Source: Candidatus Saccharibacteria bacterium UBA3304 | Lineage (GTDB): Bacteria; Patescibacteriota; Saccharimonadia; Saccharimonadales; Saccharimonadaceae | Assembly: GCA_002361425.1 (NCBI GenBank) | Contig: DESW01000014.1 | Span: 376-64,375 of the forward strand | DNA length: 64,000 nt | Direction of reading: 5' to 3' | Shown: piece after piece, positions 60,330-64,000 of the stretch | How the letters are laid out: each line of letters starts with the position of its first letter | Position numbering within the stretch: the first letter of the stretch is position 1 | The notes under the pieces: generated by a model | What the model was told of the DNA's origin: nothing | The model's database searches: none | The model's input: only the letters and a program-made list of their open reading frames with translations | Position numbers and translations under genes: made by a program

Positions 60330-62714
60330 ATGAGCCATTATGATCCATTAAAAATAGAAGAGAAATGGCAAAAGCGCTGGGAAGAAGAGAAGCCTTTTGC
60401 CGCCAAAGACAACGATAATCGGCCAAAGATGTTCCTCGCCGAGATGTTTCCATACCCATCCGGTGCAGGTCTTCACGTTGGCCACGTCCGTAACTTCAGC
60501 ATCGTAGACTGTCTTGCTCGTTTCTATACGCAGCAGGAGATGAACGTTCTTCGTCCATTCGGTTACGATACCTTTGGCCTTCCAGCAGAGAACTACGCTA
60601 TTAAGACTGGTATCTCTCCACAGGAAGTCACAAAAACCAACATCGATAATTTCCGCAAGCAGGCAAAACGCCTTGGCTATGCTATTGACTGGGATCGCGA
60701 AATTAATACTTCCGATCCAGCATATTATAAATGGACTCAATGGTGCTTCCTTCAGCTCTTCAAGAAGGGGCTAGCTTATCAGGCTGAAAACTATCAATGG
60801 TGGTGCCCAGTCGACCAGACCGTGCTCGCAAATGAGCAGGTTGAGAATGGTTGCTGCTGGCGCTGTGGCCACGAGGTTGAAAAGAAAAAGATGAAGCAGT
60901 GGTTCTTTAAGATTACTGCCTACGCTGATGAATTGCTCGACGAAATCGATAATCTTGATTGGCCGGACAAAATCAAAACCATGCAGAAAAACTGGATTGG
61001 CCGTAGCGAAGGTGCTGAGGTTGACTTCGTAATTAAAGACCACAAAGAGACCGTCCGCGTCTTTACGACTCGCCCAGATACTCTCTTCGGCGCAACCTTC
61101 CTCGTACTCGCTCCAGAGCATCCACTTATTACTAAGATTACTAGCGAAGATGCTCGCAAAAAGATGACTCAGTATTGCAAAGATGCAATTAAAAAGTCTG
61201 AAATTGAACGTCAGGAAAACAAGGAAAAGACCGGCGTCTTTACCGGCGCTTATGCAATTAACCCAGTTAACGGCAAGGAAATTCCAATTTGGGTTGCCGA
61301 CTATGTTCTTAGCGGATATGGTACCGGCGCAATTATGGCAGTACCTGCCCATGATGAGCGCGACTATGAATTCGCCGAGAAATTCGACCTCCCAATCGTA
61401 AAGGTTATCGAAAAACCAGAAGATATCGATGATGATTCTAAGTGCTATCACGGCGAAGGTAAGATGATTAACTCTGCTCAGTTTGATGGTATCGATAGCT
61501 CTGACGCTCGCGACGGTATTATCGACTGGCTCGAAACTCAGAAGATTGGTCAGAAGAAAGTTACCTACCGCATGCGTGACTGGCTCATTTCTCGCCAGCG
61601 CTACTGGGGCTGCCCAATTCCTATTGCTTACGATAAGGATGGTAATCCTCATGCAATTCCAGAAGATCAGCTTCCAGTCTTGCTTCCGAAGATTGATGAC
61701 TATAAGCCGGACTCTTCCGGCCGCAGTGCGCTTGCTAAGTCCGAAGAGTTCATGAAGGTCACTATTGATGGCGAAGAAATGACTCGCGAGACCGATACGC
61801 TTGATGGTTACGCATGTTCTAGCTGGTACCTCTGGCGCTACACTGATCCTCATAACGATAAAGAAGCTTGGAGTAAAGAAAAGGTCAACTACTGGGCGCC
61901 AACCGACATTTACTGTGGTGGCGACCATGCAGTTGCTCACTTGCTCTACGTTCGCTTCTGGTGTAAGTTCTTCGCCGACGAAGGCTACCTCGATTTTCGC
62001 GAGCCAATTAAGAAGTTGCTTTACAACGGTTACATCAACGCGCCTGACGGCAAGAAGATGTCTAAGTCTAAGGGTAATGTTATTGATCCGCTTGATGTAA
62101 TTAATCAGGGTTACGGCGCAGATACGCTTCGTACTTACGAGCTCTTTATTGGCCCATATAATATGGATGCTGCATGGAGTACCGAGGCAATCGGCGGCGT
62201 TTACCGCTTCTTGAACCGCTGCTGGACTCTCGTATTCGAGAAAGAAAAACTCGCTGAGTCTGCAACTGTCGCGCTTCGCCATAAGACCATTAAGAAAGTT
62301 ACCGAAGATATCTGCCGCAACAACTTCAATACCGCTGTTGCTGCAATGATGGAATTCGTAAATGAGCTTTACAAGTCTGGCGCAGCTGCTGACGACTTAA
62401 TCGCACTCGCAAAGATCCTTAAGCCATTCGCTCCACATCTCGCATCTGAGATGCTCGAAGAGCTTGGCGCTGACGATATCTGGCCGAAGTGGGATAATGG
62501 TCTCCTCGTCGATGAAAGCGTTGAGATGATTGTTCAGGTTAACGGCAAGCTTCGCGCGAAGATTCAGATCCCAGCCGAAGATGCTGCTGACAAGGCTAAA
62601 CTTGAAGAATACGCACTCGCCGACGAGAAGATTAAGAGTCTCACGGACGGCAAAGAAATCATCAAGACTATCGTCGTTCCGCAGGGCAAGCTTGTAAACA
62701 TTGTTGTAAAATAA
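60330..62714 (+). CDS. leuS: Leucine--tRNA ligase
   Basis: MFPYPSGAGLHVGH, FTTRPDT, GTGAIMAVPAHD and KMSKS motifs. Confidence 0.97.
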   Translation: MSHYDPLKIEEKWQKRWEEEKPFAAKDNDNRPKMFLAEMFPYPSGAGLHVGHVRNFSIVDCLARFYTQQEMNVLRPFGYDTFGLPAENYAIKTGISPQEVTKTNIDNFRKQAKRLGYAIDWDREINTSDPAYYKWTQWCFLQLFKKGLAYQAENYQWWCPVDQTVLANEQVENGCCWRCGHEVEKKKMKQWFFKITAYADELLDEIDNLDWPDKIKTMQKNWIGRSEGAEVDFVIKDHKETVRVFTTRPDTLFGATFLVLAPEHPLITKITSEDARKKMTQYCKDAIKKSEIERQENKEKTGVFTGAYAINPVNGKEIPIWVADYVLSGYGTGAIMAVPAHDERDYEFAEKFDLPIVKVIEKPEDIDDDSKCYHGEGKMINSAQFDGIDSSDARDGIIDWLETQKIGQKKVTYRMRDWLISRQRYWGCPIPIAYDKDGNPHAIPEDQLPVLLPKIDDYKPDSSGRSALAKSEEFMKVTIDGEEMTRETDTLDGYACSSWYLWRYTDPHNDKEAWSKEKVNYWAPTDIYCGGDHAVAHLLYVRFWCKFFADEGYLDFREPIKKLLYNGYINAPDGKKMSKSKGNVIDPLDVINQGYGADTLRTYELFIGPYNMDAAWSTEAIGGVYRFLNRCWTLVFEKEKLAESATVALRHKTIKKVTEDICRNNFNTAVAAMMEFVNELYKSGAAADDLIALAKILKPFAPHLASEMLEELGADDIWPKWDNGLLVDESVEMIVQVNGKLRAKIQIPAEDAADKAKLEEYALADEKIKSLTDGKEIIKTIVVPQGKLVNIVVK

Positions 62715-62759
62715 ACAACAATACATCAAAAAATCTCCAGTCGAAAAACTGGAGATTTT

Positions 62760-63602
62760 TTATTTAGCGGAAATAGTATCGCGTGGTGCGCGCTTGATTA
62801 GCTTTGCATGCAATACAACGCGCTCGGTGCTGCTATAGCAAGTTGATAGAGTAAGAATCTTGTCGGTCGGCGCTACAGTAGTATTGAACTGGTGTTTACT
62901 GCGTTGGCGCAAAATCTCTGCGAAGCGACCGAATTCTTCATCGTCGCTAAACGAAGTCTGAATATAGTCATTAGTGGTTGGAATCTTGTAGACGCTAAAT
63001 ACCTGCCAGAGCGCGCTTTCAGTATCGTTAACGGTGCGCACTGTGAAGTTGTCGGAGTTATTAAGCCAGCCGCTCGTGAGAATATTACGTAGCGTGCCAA
63101 ACATTGTTGCATCGTAGCGGCCGTGTGCATAAAGAATCAAGTTACGGTCTGTGCCGTCGACGTGATTGCGGAAATCAGCAAACACCCAACCGGCCTTACT
63201 GTAGCTTTTATCAAAAGAGTGGTTGAGGTAGAAATCATTATTACTCGTACGAACGAATGGGTAATTAATATTAGTGCCGCTCACCTGAACCCAGCCGCCA
63301 GTCTCATTATTAATGCTTCTGAGGTCGGCAAAATTAACGTCAATTAATTTCATCTTGATGTAATTCCAGTATGGAGTGTTCGGCGGATCGTTACTTTTGA
63401 CAGTCTCGGTTTGAGGAGTATCTTGGACCTCTTCGACTTTTGCCGTCTCTTCAATTTTCTCCGTTTGTTCAACGGTTTTATTAGAATCGAGCTTCCATTC
63501 GATAATCTTGTAACCAGAATAGCCGATGCCGGTAACGCACAATAAAGCAATAACGCAACTTATGCCTGTGCGAATACGACTCCTGCCTCTGTGAATTTTC
63601 AT
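62760..63602 (-). CDS. srtB: Class B sortase
   Basis: TM anchor, INYP, YAH...MFGTL and LTLSTC...R catalytic motifs. Confidence 0.88.
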   Translation of the reverse strand: MKIHRGRSRIRTGISCVIALLCVTGIGYSGYKIIEWKLDSNKTVEQTEKIEETAKVEEVQDTPQTETVKSNDPPNTPYWNYIKMKLIDVNFADLRSINNETGGWVQVSGTNINYPFVRTSNNDFYLNHSFDKSYSKAGWVFADFRNHVDGTDRNLILYAHGRYDATMFGTLRNILTSGWLNNSDNFTVRTVNDTESALWQVFSVYKIPTTNDYIQTSFSDDEEFGRFAEILRQRSKHQFNTTVAPTDKILTLSTCYSSTERVVLHAKLIKRAPRDTISAK

Positions 63603-63717
63603 AATAATGATTATAACATAAACGCAATGGTGGCACGTTTTAACATCTTGTAAAATACCGAAAAATATAGTAATATATAGAACAAGTATTTATTATTAAC
63701 CAAAGGAGCATTTTTAC

Positions 63718-63912
63718 ATGCCTGAACCAAAAAAGCAGAGCAGCCCTCGTAAGACCGGCCTTCGCCGCAGTCATTTGCGCTTGAAGCTCGCTCGTAGTGT
63801 TAACAAGCATTCGCCAGTTAAGGCGTTTGAAACCGCAAAAAAGACCCCAAATCTTAAGATTAAAGCGGTTAAAAAAGCAGCTGAAAAGAAAACTGACAAA
63901 AAAGACAAATAA
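63718..63912 (+). CDS. rpmF: 50S ribosomal protein L32, cysteine-free form
   Basis: PKKQSSPRKTGLRRSH N-terminus; directly upstream of nusB. Confidence 0.85.
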   Translation: MPEPKKQSSPRKTGLRRSHLRLKLARSVNKHSPVKAFETAKKTPNLKIKAVKKAAEKKTDKKDK

Positions 63913-63927
63913 ATAGGGAGGCAAAAC

Positions 63928-64000
63928 GTGGCAAGCAATCGACATCTCGGCAGAATTATCTCGCTCCAGAGTCTTTATGAGTATGAATTCAGGAGCAAGG
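63928..64000 (+). CDS. nusB: Transcription antitermination factor NusB, N-terminal part
   Basis: GTG start after GGGAGG; MASNRHLGRIISLQSLYEYEF. Confidence 0.85.
   Translation, partial: MASNRHLGRIISLQSLYEYEFRSK

Noticed and set aside
60771..62282. 503-aa antisense ORF over leuS
   Set aside because: Same shadow effect; no independent evidence.

Overview
Core-genome segment of a small-genome bacterium, inferred from gene content and protein style to be Patescibacteria/Candidatus Saccharibacteria (TM7). It uses genetic code 11, since TGA ends several genes in ATGA overlaps. The window holds about 55 CDS, including iscS, mnmA, obgE, gpmI, galU, rarA, ligA, clpC/clpP, radA, rpsO, pnp, ftsK, proS, greA, lysS, ldh, PBP1A, leuS, rpmF and nusB. 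It also has three tRNAs, a MoxR-DUF58-vWA cluster, a Fur/Zur-ZnuACB locus, a superoxide reductase-CxxC-DsbA operon and two CIRCE operators. No CRISPR array, transposase or prophage is visible. The most striking unexplained signal is a ~145-160 nt intergenic structured element present three times, always on the + strand (5113, 34607, 60171). Its long outer stems differ in sequence but keep pairing, and its two-hairpin apex shows covariation. Other leads are two promoter-bounded candidate sRNAs, orphan genes with a shared hairpin/boxA-like/SD leader in an otherwise leaderless transcriptome, tRNAs with compensatory D/T-loop changes, an in-frame TGA in dprA, a stand-alone KwaB-like gene and several apparent pseudoenzymes. 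All calls are by eye; no searches were run.
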